A stretch of 63,949 nt of DNA from Rubrivivax sp. (lineage in GTDB: Bacteria > Pseudomonadota > Gammaproteobacteria > Burkholderiales > Burkholderiaceae_C), in NCBI GenBank assembly GCA_014859905.1, contig JACZKT010000370.1, forward strand, positions 1 through 63,949, read 5' to 3'. A model generated the notes under the pieces. The model was given only the letters and a program-made list of their open reading frames with translations, made no database searches and was not told where the DNA came from. Of this stretch, positions 20,267 through 29,934 are shown one piece after another; the stretch's first letter is position 1; each line of letters begins with the position of its first letter. Position numbers and translations under genes: made by a program.

Positions 20267-20670
20267 GCGCTGGTTGAAGTGCGCCGCAGTGCGGCGATGA
20301 ATCGCTCAGCTGGGAAGCCTTCGCGCGTGTCGTCTATGGGGTGGGAAGACGGCCTGTGCGTTCGGTTGCTCGGGGTGGCTGATCTGCCTGTCGGTTCGCC
20401 TCTTTCCGACGCATAGCGGCATCCAGTCATGCCTCAAGGGTGAAGGCTGCGCCCACGTCCTCACCCGGTCTCTTCGCTGCGCTTCGAGCTGCGGCTTGCG
20501 GTCATGCCCTTGTGTCCTGCCTGGCTTCCGCTGTTCATGCGTCGAGGCGAAACCGACGGGCAGATTTCAACCACCACACGAGGCCACCAGCATGAACGCA
20601 CAGTCCAACCACCCCATCACCGACACCACCGATCCGCAGTTCCTCGGCCCCGAGGCTGGCCAACAGGCAG
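20267..20670 (+). repeat. Long leader repeat copy 3
   Basis: Near-identical to 5681-6095 with a short internal deletion; encodes the N-terminus MNAQSNHPITDTTDPQFLGPEAGQQA. Confidence 0.9.
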
Positions 20671-21488
20671 AAGGTCAGGCAGGGGGTGGACAAGCCCACG
20701 AGCTGGGCGACATGCGGACGATCCTGCAGGCCGCGCTGACGCAACCCGGCGTGATGAATCAGGCCTACCGGGCGTTTCACAACTACAGCATCGGCAATCA
20801 GATGCTGGCCGCGCTGCAACTGTTCGGAAAGGGCTTGCCGCTGGCGCCCATCGCGAGCTTCAACGCATGGCGCGAGAAAGGCCGGTTCGTGAAGAAGGGC
20901 GAGAAGGCCATCAGCCTGTTCATGCCCATCAGCGTGAAACGCCGCGCCGACAAGGACGCACCGGCCGAATCGGTCGAAGCAGGCGAGGGAGGCACCTTCA
21001 GCATGTTCATGTTGCGCCCGAACTGGTTTTCACTGAACCAGACCGAAGGCGATGAGTTCACCGCCGAGAGCATCACGCCCGCATGGGATGCCGTCACCGC
21101 CATGGCTGCACTCGACATCATCGAAGAGCCCTTCGAGCACCTGCAGGGCAACCATCTGGGCTATGCCCGTGCGCGATCCATCGGCCTCAACCCGATGAAC
21201 CCGTTGAAGCACAAGACCCGGATTCACGAGATGGCCCATGTGGTGCTCGGTCACACCGCCATCGCCGAAATGCACGACGACGAAATCCTGACGCGCCAGA
21301 TCGAGGAGGCCGAGGCCGAAGGCGTTGCCTACCTGCTGTGTGCGCTGCTGGACCTACCCGGCCAGGCCGAGAGCCGTTTCTACATCCAGGGCTGGCTGCA
21401 GGGCGCGGCGCTGCCCGAGAAGAGCGCGAAGCGGATCTTCGGCGCCGCCGACCGGATCATGAAAGCCGGCCAGCCGGTGCAGCACTGA
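20592..21488 (+). CDS. ardC: ArdC-like ssDNA-binding anti-restriction protein with HExxH zincin-like domain
   Basis: FHNYSIGNQML, ASFNAWREKGRFVKKGEKA, FSLNQTEG, IHEMAH, EAEAE, SRFYIQGW. Confidence 0.82.
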   Translation: MNAQSNHPITDTTDPQFLGPEAGQQAEGQAGGGQAHELGDMRTILQAALTQPGVMNQAYRAFHNYSIGNQMLAALQLFGKGLPLAPIASFNAWREKGRFVKKGEKAISLFMPISVKRRADKDAPAESVEAGEGGTFSMFMLRPNWFSLNQTEGDEFTAESITPAWDAVTAMAALDIIEEPFEHLQGNHLGYARARSIGLNPMNPLKHKTRIHEMAHVVLGHTAIAEMHDDEILTRQIEEAEAEGVAYLLCALLDLPGQAESRFYIQGWLQGAALPEKSAKRIFGAADRIMKAGQPVQH

Positions 21489-21517
21489 TCCACCTACCCG
21501 AATCAGGGGCTTTGCCC

Positions 21518-21769
21518 ATGGCATCCCAAGACCTCACACCCGAAGCGCTGGAGGGCTACGCCACCCAGCTGGACGGCAAGCCTGCGCACCAGGCCTGCCC
21601 GCACTACACCAGCAGCCCCGCCGGCATGGCCTGGCTGGTCGGCGCGTGGCTGCAGAAGACCGGGCGGTCGGCGCCGCGCGATGTCCGCATGTCGCGCGGC
21701 TACACGGTCCGCGTCGGTGACATGCGCGTATCGGTCGCCGACGCCACGGCCTTGGTTCGTGTTCTGTGA
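21518..21769 (+). CDS. Hypothetical protein (83 aa)
   Basis: MASQDLTPE...CPHYTSSPAGMAWLVGAWL; operonic with ardC. Confidence 0.6.
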   Translation: MASQDLTPEALEGYATQLDGKPAHQACPHYTSSPAGMAWLVGAWLQKTGRSAPRDVRMSRGYTVRVGDMRVSVADATALVRVL

Positions 21770-21782
21770 AGGGGAATCCGCA

Positions 21783-21923
21783 ATGAGTGACCACGCCTAT
21801 CGTTTGCTTCTCATGAAGCGCGCGCTCGCCCGCAGCGATGCCGAACTGTTCGGCCATCGGCCTCGGTATCTTGAAGTGGCCAGGCGCCTCGCGGCGCTCT
21901 TGCTTTCCACGGACTTGCCATGA
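21783..21923 (+). CDS. Small hypothetical protein (46 aa)
   Basis: GGGGA RBS; ATGA overlap with the next ORF. Confidence 0.4.
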   Translation: MSDHAYRLLLMKRALARSDAELFGHRPRYLEVARRLAALLLSTDLP

Positions 21924-22234
21924 AGGTCTCAAGACGGTGGATCGAGTGGGCGCATGGACCCGGCGCCGAAGATGGCCAGCCGTTGGCGATGAACTTGTGC
22001 GAGCTGGCCAGCTCGCCCGGTTCGGGCTCGATCTCGGTCAGCGACCCCGCGCTGATCGCCGAGCTGGTCGACGTGGCCGAGCTCTACATCAATCCGTGTC
22101 GGGGCGACGCGTTGCACGACATGGGACCATGGTGGATGGGTCAGCCGCGCCGGATAGTTTCAGAAGGAAGGGCTTCGCTTCGGTCAGCCGATGGCGCGGC
22201 GAAAACGCCGGCGCGAACTGGTCGAGCAGATTGA
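21920..22234 (+). CDS. Hypothetical protein (104 aa)
   Basis: Coupled to the previous ORF; no recognisable motif. Confidence 0.45.
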   Translation: MKVSRRWIEWAHGPGAEDGQPLAMNLCELASSPGSGSISVSDPALIAELVDVAELYINPCRGDALHDMGPWWMGQPRRIVSEGRASLRSADGAAKTPARTGRAD

Positions 22235-22371
22235 CAACAACAAGGCCGCTTCATGTTTCGCATCGCTGTACGAGGTGCCCACCATGGCACCGTCATCACC
22301 CCTGCCCAGCGCGGTCCAGGCGTTACGCTGGTTCGCACAATCCTCAGTCGTCGGCCGGTGTGTTCGCGTTG

Positions 22372-22912
22372 ATGGGCGTCACTTTGAATCGTCGGTGCGC
22401 GCTTATCGCTGGCCTGTCCTTCGCGCTGTTTCTCAGCGTTGGCCAGGTCGGCGCCCGCGAGGATGCGCCTGGCGCAGAAGCTACGCCGGTGCCTTCCGCC
22501 TACCGCGGCCCCGCCCTTGTGTCGGGTGTAGCCGACGGGGACACGCTGTACGTGAGCATCGACGGGCATTCGGTCCGCATCAGGCTTGCCCAGATCGATG
22601 CACCCGAGAAGGCCCGGGCCTTCGGTCGCCGATCGGAGCAGTCCCTCCGTGAGCTGGTCGGCAAGAGGCAGGTCGAGCTGGCGTAGAAGTCGCTCGACCG
22701 GTATGGCCGCCCGGTCGCACAGGTGTCTGTCGATGGCCTCGATGTGAACGCCGAGCAGGTCCGGCGAGGTTTCGCGTGGGTGTTCCGGCGCTACTCGAAC
22801 GACGCTGCGTTGATTGCGCTGGAAACTCAGGCGAAGTCTGCGGGCCTGGGGTTGTGGGCCGATCCCCATCCCATCGCGCCTTTGGGACTGGCGGTCTAGT
22901 CGGCATGAATGA
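22372..22912 (+). pseudogene. Thermonuclease (SNase-like) pseudogene
   Basis: Signal peptide, DGDT, RLAQIDAPE, then in-frame TAG (22684-22686), then DRYGR...NAEQVRRGFAW...GLWAD, and a +1 T frameshift in the expected PWDWR motif (~22882). Confidence 0.85.
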
Positions 22913-22951
22913 TCGCCACCGCTGCGCAACGGCAACTGTGGTCGTGCGCGC

Positions 22952-23575
22952 CTACTTGCGCGCGGGCGTGCTTGCGGGAGTTGACGCAGGCGTCGTCTGT
23001 CCGGATGCTGGCTGCGCGGGCGGGCGCTGCACCAGCTGCATCGTCGGCACCGTGAGGCCCTTCTTCAGTAGTTCGGCGCTGCTGTCGGAGTGCTGGGTGT
23101 TACTGTCTTTCATGGCGCTGCCCGTTTCAAGGTTGATGGAGATGAACACGACGGAGAGGACCATCGCAATCAGGAAGGACCCGCCCGACGTGTTGTTGAG
23201 GACTCTGGTGCCGCGATCCCACGCGTTCCCGCGCTTGAGCGCGTCGTCGTCGCCTTGCATGTAGTAGGCATAGGCGTGGCCCTTCTGCGCCTCCAGCGCT
23301 TGGCTGCTGACGAGGAACGAGATGATCGTGGCGCAGGTCGCCGCCGTGAAGAGCGCCCACGACCAATAGAGGGTCCACGGAGCTGTCGCGCTCTGAATCG
23401 GCACGAAGTCCTTCAGGAAGCCGACAGAGAGCGCGAGGCCCGCGCTTGAAAACGTCAGCACCGCCTTGTCGAAATTCTCAGAGCTGGAGACTTCGCGCTT
23501 GTTGATCTCGGCGACGTGATCGGCGTAGACCTTCCTGATCTCGTCGCTGACTTCAGGCGGGGCTGTCACGGTCAC
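22952..23575 (-). CDS. Three-TM membrane protein with Pro-rich C-terminal tail
   Basis: FDKAVLTFSSAGLALSVGFL, WSWALFTAATCATIISF and SFLIAMVLSVVFI hydrophobic segments; GTG overlaps the stop of the upstream peptide. Confidence 0.7.
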   Translation of the reverse strand: MTVTAPPEVSDEIRKVYADHVAEINKREVSSSENFDKAVLTFSSAGLALSVGFLKDFVPIQSATAPWTLYWSWALFTAATCATIISFLVSSQALEAQKGHAYAYYMQGDDDALKRGNAWDRGTRVLNNTSGGSFLIAMVLSVVFISINLETGSAMKDSNTQHSDSSAELLKKGLTVPTMQLVQRPPAQPASGQTTPASTPASTPARK

Positions 23576-23712
23576 TACTTTCCGCCGCCGCTCTGCTTCG
23601 GCGGCGGCGGTCGCGTGACCAGCGACGGCACTGGCAGCCCGCCGTCCACCTTGGTCGGCTTGTGCTCCAGCATTCCCGGCTGCGGAGTGGATGGTGGTGT
23701 GTTCTTGCTCAT
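23575..23712 (-). CDS. Small Pro-rich peptide (45 aa)
   Basis: Hand translation MSKNTPPSTPQPGMLEHKPTKVDGGLPVPSLVTRPPPPKQSGGGK; fills the gap exactly and is coupled to the next gene. Confidence 0.5.
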   Translation of the reverse strand: MSKNTPPSTPQPGMLEHKPTKVDGGLPVPSLVTRPPPPKQSGGGK

Positions 23713-23743
23713 GGCGATCTCTGGTACGCGTGGCCAAGTGCGC

Positions 23744-24046
23744 TCAGTAGCGGCTCACCCCGGCGGTCTGCCGGTTCCAGTGCTTCTGGATGTGCTCGCT
23801 GACCTCAGTGCCGAGGCCGTACCAGGCCGCATCATTGTTGGTCGCGTCGATGACGATCAGGGTGTCATTCGCGTCCTGCGCACGCTGAACAATGTCGGCA
23901 GCCTGCTTGGCGGTGTACGTCGAGCTGACGAACCACAGCGAGTACTGAACCTTCGCCCATGAGCCGAGTTCCTTGATCGCGGTGATGACGCGGTCGTAGT
24001 TCTGGCCGGGATTTTTTAGGTCGTAGGAGATGAACAGGTTGTTCAT
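23744..24046 (-). CDS. Cas2/VapD-like ferredoxin-fold small protein (stand-alone)
   Basis: MNNLFISYDL...WAKVQYSLW...DTLIVID resembles the Cas2/VapD YD...QxS pattern. Confidence 0.65.
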   Translation of the reverse strand: MNNLFISYDLKNPGQNYDRVITAIKELGSWAKVQYSLWFVSSTYTAKQAADIVQRAQDANDTLIVIDATNNDAAWYGLGTEVSEHIQKHWNRQTAGVSRY

Positions 24047-24056
24047 GGCGGCACTT

Positions 24057-24203
24057 TCATTTGCCTTTCGGCTTCGGTTTGATGGTTTCGACAACGGTCG
24101 TTGCGGGACGGCGCTGCGCTTCCTTGACGGGAACAAACTGGCCTGACTTGGCGTCGCGACCGACCTTGAACCCGCTGGAACCGCCACTCTTTCCCTTGCT
24201 CAT
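24057..24203 (-). CDS. Small basic peptide with GRDAKSGQF motif (48 aa)
   Basis: GGAGG RBS; RDAxxGQF peptides are, from recollection, often found divergent from XRE-ImmA genes. Confidence 0.6.
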   Translation of the reverse strand: MSKGKSGGSSGFKVGRDAKSGQFVPVKEAQRRPATTVVETIKPKPKGK

Positions 24204-24221
24204 ACGGACCTCCGAATTGGG

Positions 24222-24250
24222 TTGACTGAGGGACGCTGCCAGTTTACAAT
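24222..24250 (+). promoter_or_regulatory. Sigma70 promoter for the XRE-ImmA/PIN operon
   Basis: TTGACT-17 bp-TACAAT, followed by an AGGAG RBS before ATG 24299. Confidence 0.7.
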
Positions 24251-24298
24251 AAATACGAGAAGAAGAAAACGACAACTGACACTGAGAGGAGCACTGCC

Positions 24299-25399
24299 AT
24301 GCTCGCGGACCGCCTCAAACTGGCCCGCAAAAAGACCGGGCTCTCCCTGCGAGACCTGTCGGCGGCGATCGATGAACTCGTCACCGCGCAGGCCATCGGC
24401 AAGTACGAACGCGGCGAGAGCACCCCAAGCTCCGGCGTGCTGCTGGCGCTAGCCAAGGCCCTGAATGTCTCCCTGACCTACCTGTTCGACACGCAGGAGG
24501 TTTCGCTTGCGGGCGTCGAATTCCGCACCAAGGCCAACACGACGGCGCGCGACCGCGCGAACGTCGAGACCGAGGTTCTGGAGTGGATCGAGCGCTATCT
24601 CCAGATCGAGGTGATCCTCGACCTGGACAGCGCGCAGTGGAACTGTCCGCTGGCGAAGCCGCACGCGCTGAAGGGCATCGCCGAAGCAGAGAAGCTGGCG
24701 AACGACGTTCGCAAGACGTGGAAGTTGGGGATCGATCCGATTCCGAACATGACCGAACTCCTTGAGGAGAAGGGTCTCAAGGTCCTGACGATCGAGCTTC
24801 CGGAGCGGGTCTCCGGGTTCACGTGCATGGTGCAGCGTCCGAAGGGACAGGCTGCCCTCCCGGTCATCGTCGTCAACAACCGCTTCTCCCTTGAGCGTCG
24901 GCGGCTGACGCTGGCGCATGAGCTTGCGCACCGGCTGATCGATACCGACAGCCTTGACGACAAGGCTGAGGAGAAGGCGGCCAATCTCTTTGCCGGAGCC
25001 TTCCTGATGCCTGCGGAGCACCTGCTTCGCGAGGTTGGCAAGCATCGCAACGCATTCGGCTACAAGGAAATCATTGACCTGAAGCGCATCTATCGCGTGA
25101 GCGGCGCGGCACTGCTGATGCGGCTCCGGCAGCTTGATGTGATCTCCGAGTCCACGTTGATCTACGCCTACCAGACCATCGCGCGAGGCTGGCGAACGCA
25201 GGAACCGGAGCCTCTGGAAGGCCAGAACGAGATCGGGCAGCGCGAGCGGGCGCGGCGATTTGATCGGCTGTGCTACCGGGCGCTTGCGGAGGAACTCATC
25301 TCGTTAAGCAAGGCGGCAGAGCTGCTGCGCATTCCCGTAGAACAAGTCGAAGTGGGACTCAAAGGGCCGCGCCCAGATCATGCGGATCGTCGTCAGTGA
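24299..25399 (+). CDS. XRE HTH fused to ImmA/IrrE zinc metallopeptidase
   Basis: RLKLARKKTGLSLRDL...IGKYERG (HTH_3); RRLTLAHELAH and EKAANLFAGAFLMP (Peptidase M78). Confidence 0.92.
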   Translation: MLADRLKLARKKTGLSLRDLSAAIDELVTAQAIGKYERGESTPSSGVLLALAKALNVSLTYLFDTQEVSLAGVEFRTKANTTARDRANVETEVLEWIERYLQIEVILDLDSAQWNCPLAKPHALKGIAEAEKLANDVRKTWKLGIDPIPNMTELLEEKGLKVLTIELPERVSGFTCMVQRPKGQAALPVIVVNNRFSLERRRLTLAHELAHRLIDTDSLDDKAEEKAANLFAGAFLMPAEHLLREVGKHRNAFGYKEIIDLKRIYRVSGAALLMRLRQLDVISESTLIYAYQTIARGWRTQEPEPLEGQNEIGQRERARRFDRLCYRALAEELISLSKAAELLRIPVEQVEVGLKGPRPDHADRRQ

Positions 25400-25889
25400 C
25401 AGTAGCTGTCTGATCGACCTCCGGAAGGCGTCGCTCCTGGACGCCTTCGTCCGGCTTCCCTACGAGCTGCTAATCCCCAACACGCTCTTTGACGGCGAAC
25501 TGGTGAAGTTCACGGCGGCGCAGAAGCGCGCACTCGTGCGTGGCGGGTTGCGGGTGATCGACCTCCCGGGCGAGAGTGTCCTGCGCGCGGTGGACGTGAC
25601 CCGGCAGCTGCCACGCCTTTCGATCCACGACGGCTTCGCCTTCGTGCTGGCTGAGCAGCACGCGGGGTGCGTGCTGCTCTCGGGCGACGGCGCGCTGCGT
25701 ACGTATGCCGCGTCCTGCGCGATCGAGGTACGCGGCGTGCTGTGGGTCATCGACGAATTGCACCGGCACAATCTCGTGCCCGTCGAGACCCTGCTCGAAG
25801 CGCTCGCGCTGTTCGCCGCCGACGACACGGTCCGACTCCCGGCACGGGAAGTCGCGGCCTCTATCCGGCGCTATCAGGGGCTGGGATAG
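25380..25889 (+). CDS. PIN-domain protein (putative RNase toxin)
   Basis: VVSDSSCLIDL, E (DGEL), LSIHD, LLSGDGALR acidic tetrad. Confidence 0.82.
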   Translation: MRIVVSDSSCLIDLRKASLLDAFVRLPYELLIPNTLFDGELVKFTAAQKRALVRGGLRVIDLPGESVLRAVDVTRQLPRLSIHDGFAFVLAEQHAGCVLLSGDGALRTYAASCAIEVRGVLWVIDELHRHNLVPVETLLEALALFAADDTVRLPAREVAASIRRYQGLG

Positions 25890-26276
25890 GCTGCGGGCAT
25901 CGCGGTCGATCACAGGGTTGGCGAACCCGCTTGCGCGCATCTGCATGGGATGTTTTGTCGCCATCGTCGGACGTCCGGTCCGGATGACCCGAGTCGTCGG
26001 TCCGCTTCGGGTCGAGGGCGGTCCCTAACCGCTCTGATCATGACACCCTGAAGCTGTCGGCTACACCGAACCGCCATGACTCCGTCAACTACCAACACCG
26101 CGTACCGGCCAGAGGCGCACCCACTGTTCGGCATTAGCGGCCAGGCACAGCGAGGTTTGGAAGGCCTACTTGGCCGCGAGACCGCCTCAGGGATACCAAA
26201 CGGAGGCACGAGCCGCGCCGCCAGGGCGGTTGAGTGCGCCGATGCTGACAGCGCAACCCGCGCGCCGCCAGCGCTG

Positions 26277-27521
26277 TCAGGCGGCCGGCACCGCCACCGC
26301 GTGCAGGATCAGCACTTCAAGTCCGCGCAGGTTGATCAGCCGCCGCCAGCGCGGCGCCTCGTCGACGCCCTCGAGCGCCGGGAAGCGCGCCAGCAGCCGG
26401 TTCAGCGCGATGCGCGCCTCGAGCCGCGCCAGCGGCGCGCCAATGCAGAAGTGGATGCCGGCGCCGAAGCCGAGCTGGTGGTTCGGCGTGCGGCCGATGT
26501 CGAAGCGCTCGGGGTCGGCAAAGGCGGCAGGGTCGCGGTTGGCGGCGCCGAGCAGGAAGAAGATCGTCTCGCCGGGCTCAATCGTGACGTCGCCGACGCG
26601 GTATGGCTCGATCGGGTGGCGGCCGATGATGTTGACGGAGCCCTCGTAGCGTAGCATCTCGTCGACGGCTGTCCCGGTCAGGCCGGGGTCGGCGCGCAGC
26701 CGCGCCAGTTCGCCCGGGTGGCGCAACAGCGTCAGCACGCCGTTGCCGATCAGGTTGGTCGTCGTTTCGTGGCCAGCGACGAACAGCGGGATCAGGTTGC
26801 CGAGCAGTTCGTCGTCGGTGAGCGAGCCGTCGTCCTGCGCCGCGACGAGCGCGCCGAGCAGGTCGTCGCGCATGCCTTTGGCTCGGTGGCGGGCGATATG
26901 AGCGCGCAGGTAGTCGGCCATCTCCTGCGCCGCGCGGCCGGCGGCTTCGAGATCGGCGCGCCGGCGCACCGGCTCGACGATCAGCGCCAGCGCGTCGGAC
27001 CACGCCTTCGTGGTCGCGAAGTCGTTGGCCGGCAGGCCGAGGACGTCGCAGATCACGCGCACCGGCAGCGGCTGCGCAAAGGCGGCCATGAGGTCGAATG
27101 CGCCGTCGGCCGGCAGGGCGTCGATGAGTTCGTCGGCCACCGCCTCTATCCGCTCGGCCAAGGCGTCGATCACCGGCGGGCGGAATGCGTGGTTGGCGAG
27201 CCGGCGCAGGCGCGTGTGCTTCGGCGCGTCGTTGAACAGCATCCACTGTTCGACCATCGCCTCCATGGGCGAGTCGGCGATGAACGGGCGCAGCTGCCGG
27301 TACACCGGCGTGCGCCAGGGCTCGCGGCTGAGCTTGGTGCTGCGCAGGCCGGCATTGACGTCGGCGTAGCGGCCGACGAGCCAGATGCCGAGCACGTCGC
27401 GCGCCACAGCGCTGCGCTCGCGCAGTTGGCGCAGCAGCGGGTGCGGGTCGGCGCGCCAGCCGGAGTCGCGCATGTCGACCCTGTCGGCGGCATCGCCGGG
27501 ATCAGCCGCGGCGTCGTTCAT
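26277..27521 (-). CDS. Cytochrome P450
   Basis: AGHETT (I-helix), EMLR (ExxR), NRDP, FGAGIHFCIG heme motif; AGGAGG RBS. Confidence 0.93.
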   Translation of the reverse strand: MNDAAADPGDAADRVDMRDSGWRADPHPLLRQLRERSAVARDVLGIWLVGRYADVNAGLRSTKLSREPWRTPVYRQLRPFIADSPMEAMVEQWMLFNDAPKHTRLRRLANHAFRPPVIDALAERIEAVADELIDALPADGAFDLMAAFAQPLPVRVICDVLGLPANDFATTKAWSDALALIVEPVRRRADLEAAGRAAQEMADYLRAHIARHRAKGMRDDLLGALVAAQDDGSLTDDELLGNLIPLFVAGHETTTNLIGNGVLTLLRHPGELARLRADPGLTGTAVDEMLRYEGSVNIIGRHPIEPYRVGDVTIEPGETIFFLLGAANRDPAAFADPERFDIGRTPNHQLGFGAGIHFCIGAPLARLEARIALNRLLARFPALEGVDEAPRWRRLINLRGLEVLILHAVAVPAA

Positions 27522-27896
27522 CGCGTCCTCCTTCGACCCAGAATCGACATCGGCGTGACGGTCATCGTGCGCCGGCCCGGCTGCGCTGCCATCGGCACCA
27601 ACCCGGATGGTGTGCGCAATCAGCCGTCGGCCTGCAGGAACAGGCTGCGGTCGGGCGCAAAGGCGACATGCTGCGGCAACCGGGCGCGGCCGAGCGCGAG
27701 AGCGTCGGAGCCGATGACCGCCCTGAACTTGACGGCCAGTGCGCACCGGCCTGAAGCCGCCGGCCACGAATGCGCCTTCCGGCCAGGTCCTGTCAACCCC
27801 TGTCCTGGCCCACACAGAGGGCAATGACAACGGTGGTTAGATTGCCTATGCTCGCCCGGCGGCCATCGCTGTCGCACCGCCGCAAGAGGACACTTG

Positions 27897-28700
27897 ATGA
27901 CCGCTGCAATACCCCCATTCGTTCGCGAGGCCGGGCAGGGCTTCCCGGTGCTGTGCATGCACTCCAACGCCAGTTCGTCCGGTCAGTGGCGCGGCTTGAT
28001 GGAACTGCTGTCGAACGACTTCCACGTGCTGGCGCCCGATCTGCTGGGCGCCGGTCGCAGCGCGCCCTGGCCGGTCGCATCGGGTGCCCGGCTGCAGCAT
28101 GAGCTGGACGCGCTGGCACCGTTGCTGCAATCCCTGGGCGACCGCTTCCACCTGGTCGGCCATTCCTATGGTGCGGCGCTGGCCCTGGCCATCGCGAAGG
28201 CCTGGCCGCAGCAGGTGGCGTCGGCGGTGCTGTTTGAGCCCACGGCATTCCCTTTGTTGAACCGGCCCGGCCCGGGTGACCCTGCGGCCACCGGAATCGC
28301 CGCTGCGGCCACCACGGCCATGGGCGCAGTGGACAGGGGTGACCTTCACGCTGCGGCCGAAGTCTTCATTGACTTCTGGATGGGTCCGGGCAGTTGGGCT
28401 GCTACGCCCGAGGCACGCCGCGGACCGATGGCCGAGTCGATGCGGCCGATCCGCCAGTGGACTGACGCGCTTTTCGCCGAGGCCTGGTCCCCCGCCGAAC
28501 TGGCAAGCCTGACCATGCCCGTCCTTCTGCTGGGCGGTGAACACTCCCCATCTTCCGCTTACGACCTGTTGCCCAAGTTGGCAGGCCTGTTGCCGCAGGC
28601 CACGCTGAAGTTGATGCCGGGCGTTGGGCACATGGCGCCGGTGACGCATGCCGACCGCGTCAACCAGGAGATCGCAGCGTTCTTGCGCGCCCAGCCCTGA
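27897..28700 (+). CDS. Alpha/beta-fold hydrolase
   Basis: APDLLGAG, GHSYG nucleophile elbow, GVGHM catalytic His. Confidence 0.9.
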   Translation: MTAAIPPFVREAGQGFPVLCMHSNASSSGQWRGLMELLSNDFHVLAPDLLGAGRSAPWPVASGARLQHELDALAPLLQSLGDRFHLVGHSYGAALALAIAKAWPQQVASAVLFEPTAFPLLNRPGPGDPAATGIAAAATTAMGAVDRGDLHAAAEVFIDFWMGPGSWAATPEARRGPMAESMRPIRQWTDALFAEAWSPAELASLTMPVLLLGGEHSPSSAYDLLPKLAGLLPQATLKLMPGVGHMAPVTHADRVNQEIAAFLRAQP

Positions 28701-28951
28701 CGCAAGGGACCAACGCCGCAGGCAAGCGCTGTGCTGCAACACCACGCCCCTGCTGACAACATCGCTGGAGCTCATGCAACGGAGGGCAGACCAGAAGCCG
28801 CGCTCACGCGTTGGCTCTCACCCGCCGGGTTCTTGCTGTCGAAGGTCGGTTTCATGCTGCTTTGGCACTCGACTTGTAGGACGGCAAGGGGTCGTTTCCT
28901 GCCGGCTATGCTCCCAATCAAGTTGCCGGGAGGCAGCCGTTGGGAATCCCG

Positions 28952-29737
28952 CTACAGCAGCCGCGCCAGACCCCACAGCACTGCCAGGTGCGCGGGGTAG
29001 TACACGTAGAAGCCGAGCCGGCCGCGTGGCACGTTTATGTTGACGCGTGTGGCCGCAAAGATGAGCGGCAATGCGGCGAGAGCCCACAGGTTGCGGTTGA
29101 TGACGTACAGCGAGGCAAGGGCGCCGATCCACAGTGCCAGCGTCACCCAGCTCGGCCTGCGACAGTAGGACCAGGCCAACAGACAGGCCGCGAGTCCTGG
29201 CCACCAGAACTCGACGAGTGCGCCGCCGACGATGAACACCACGCCAGCTGCCGCCAGCCGCGCCGGCCCACCGACCTCGATCAGCCACGCGCAAAGTGTG
29301 GCGACCAGAAGCGTCGCCATGATGTTGAAGGGCCACCACCCCCAACCCAGTCCACCGAGCGCGATGAATGGAATGGTGGCGATGCTGCCGAAGACCGCCA
29401 GCCGGCGCGCTGTGCGCGAGTAGCCGCCACTGGCCAGCGCACCAGGCCGGGCCAGGTTGTAGCCCAGCACAAAACCGAACAGCGGCAGGGCCAGACGCCC
29501 TGCCGCGAACAGCTCAGGCACCGAGGTGTGCAGCAGGTGCTTGTTGACGTGATCGAGCGTCATCAACAGCAACGCCAGCCACTTCAGCGCCTCCAGCGTG
29601 CCGCTGCTCAGCACCAGCGCCGGGGCTGTGCTGACCGGCAACCGGATCGGTGCCTTGATTCCTTCAGTCGCGACCGCCAACGTCGCTCCCAGCTTCTCGC
29701 CCGTCCTTGCAAAATGCGTCATCCCGAATTCCTTCAT
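28952..29737 (-). CDS. traX: TraX family membrane protein (pilin acetylase-like)
   Basis: LKWLALLLMTLDH, GRLALPLFGF, NIMATL, FYVYYPAHL; start uncertain. Confidence 0.85.
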   Translation of the reverse strand: MKEFGMTHFARTGEKLGATLAVATEGIKAPIRLPVSTAPALVLSSGTLEALKWLALLLMTLDHVNKHLLHTSVPELFAAGRLALPLFGFVLGYNLARPGALASGGYSRTARRLAVFGSIATIPFIALGGLGWGWWPFNIMATLLVATLCAWLIEVGGPARLAAAGVVFIVGGALVEFWWPGLAACLLAWSYCRRPSWVTLALWIGALASLYVINRNLWALAALPLIFAATRVNINVPRGRLGFYVYYPAHLAVLWGLARLL

Positions 29738-29934
29738 GACAAGCAAAGAGCCGTCGCACGCCACCGCCGGTTCCCGATGGCATGCAGAGCTTGCGCGGCA
29801 GTCCGGGGGACTGCCGCGTGCCCCGGTAGGAGCCGGCCCGGTAGGGCTGCAACCCGCTCAAGCGGGATGCACTCCGTAGCCCGGGGCACTCATGCCAGAG
29901 CGCGGGTCGTGGCAAGTACAGCTGTCGCTGTTGT

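Noticed and set aside
23744-24046. CRISPR-Cas locus suggested by the Cas2-like protein
   Set aside because: No cas1 or other cas genes and no regularly spaced identical repeats were seen in the window.
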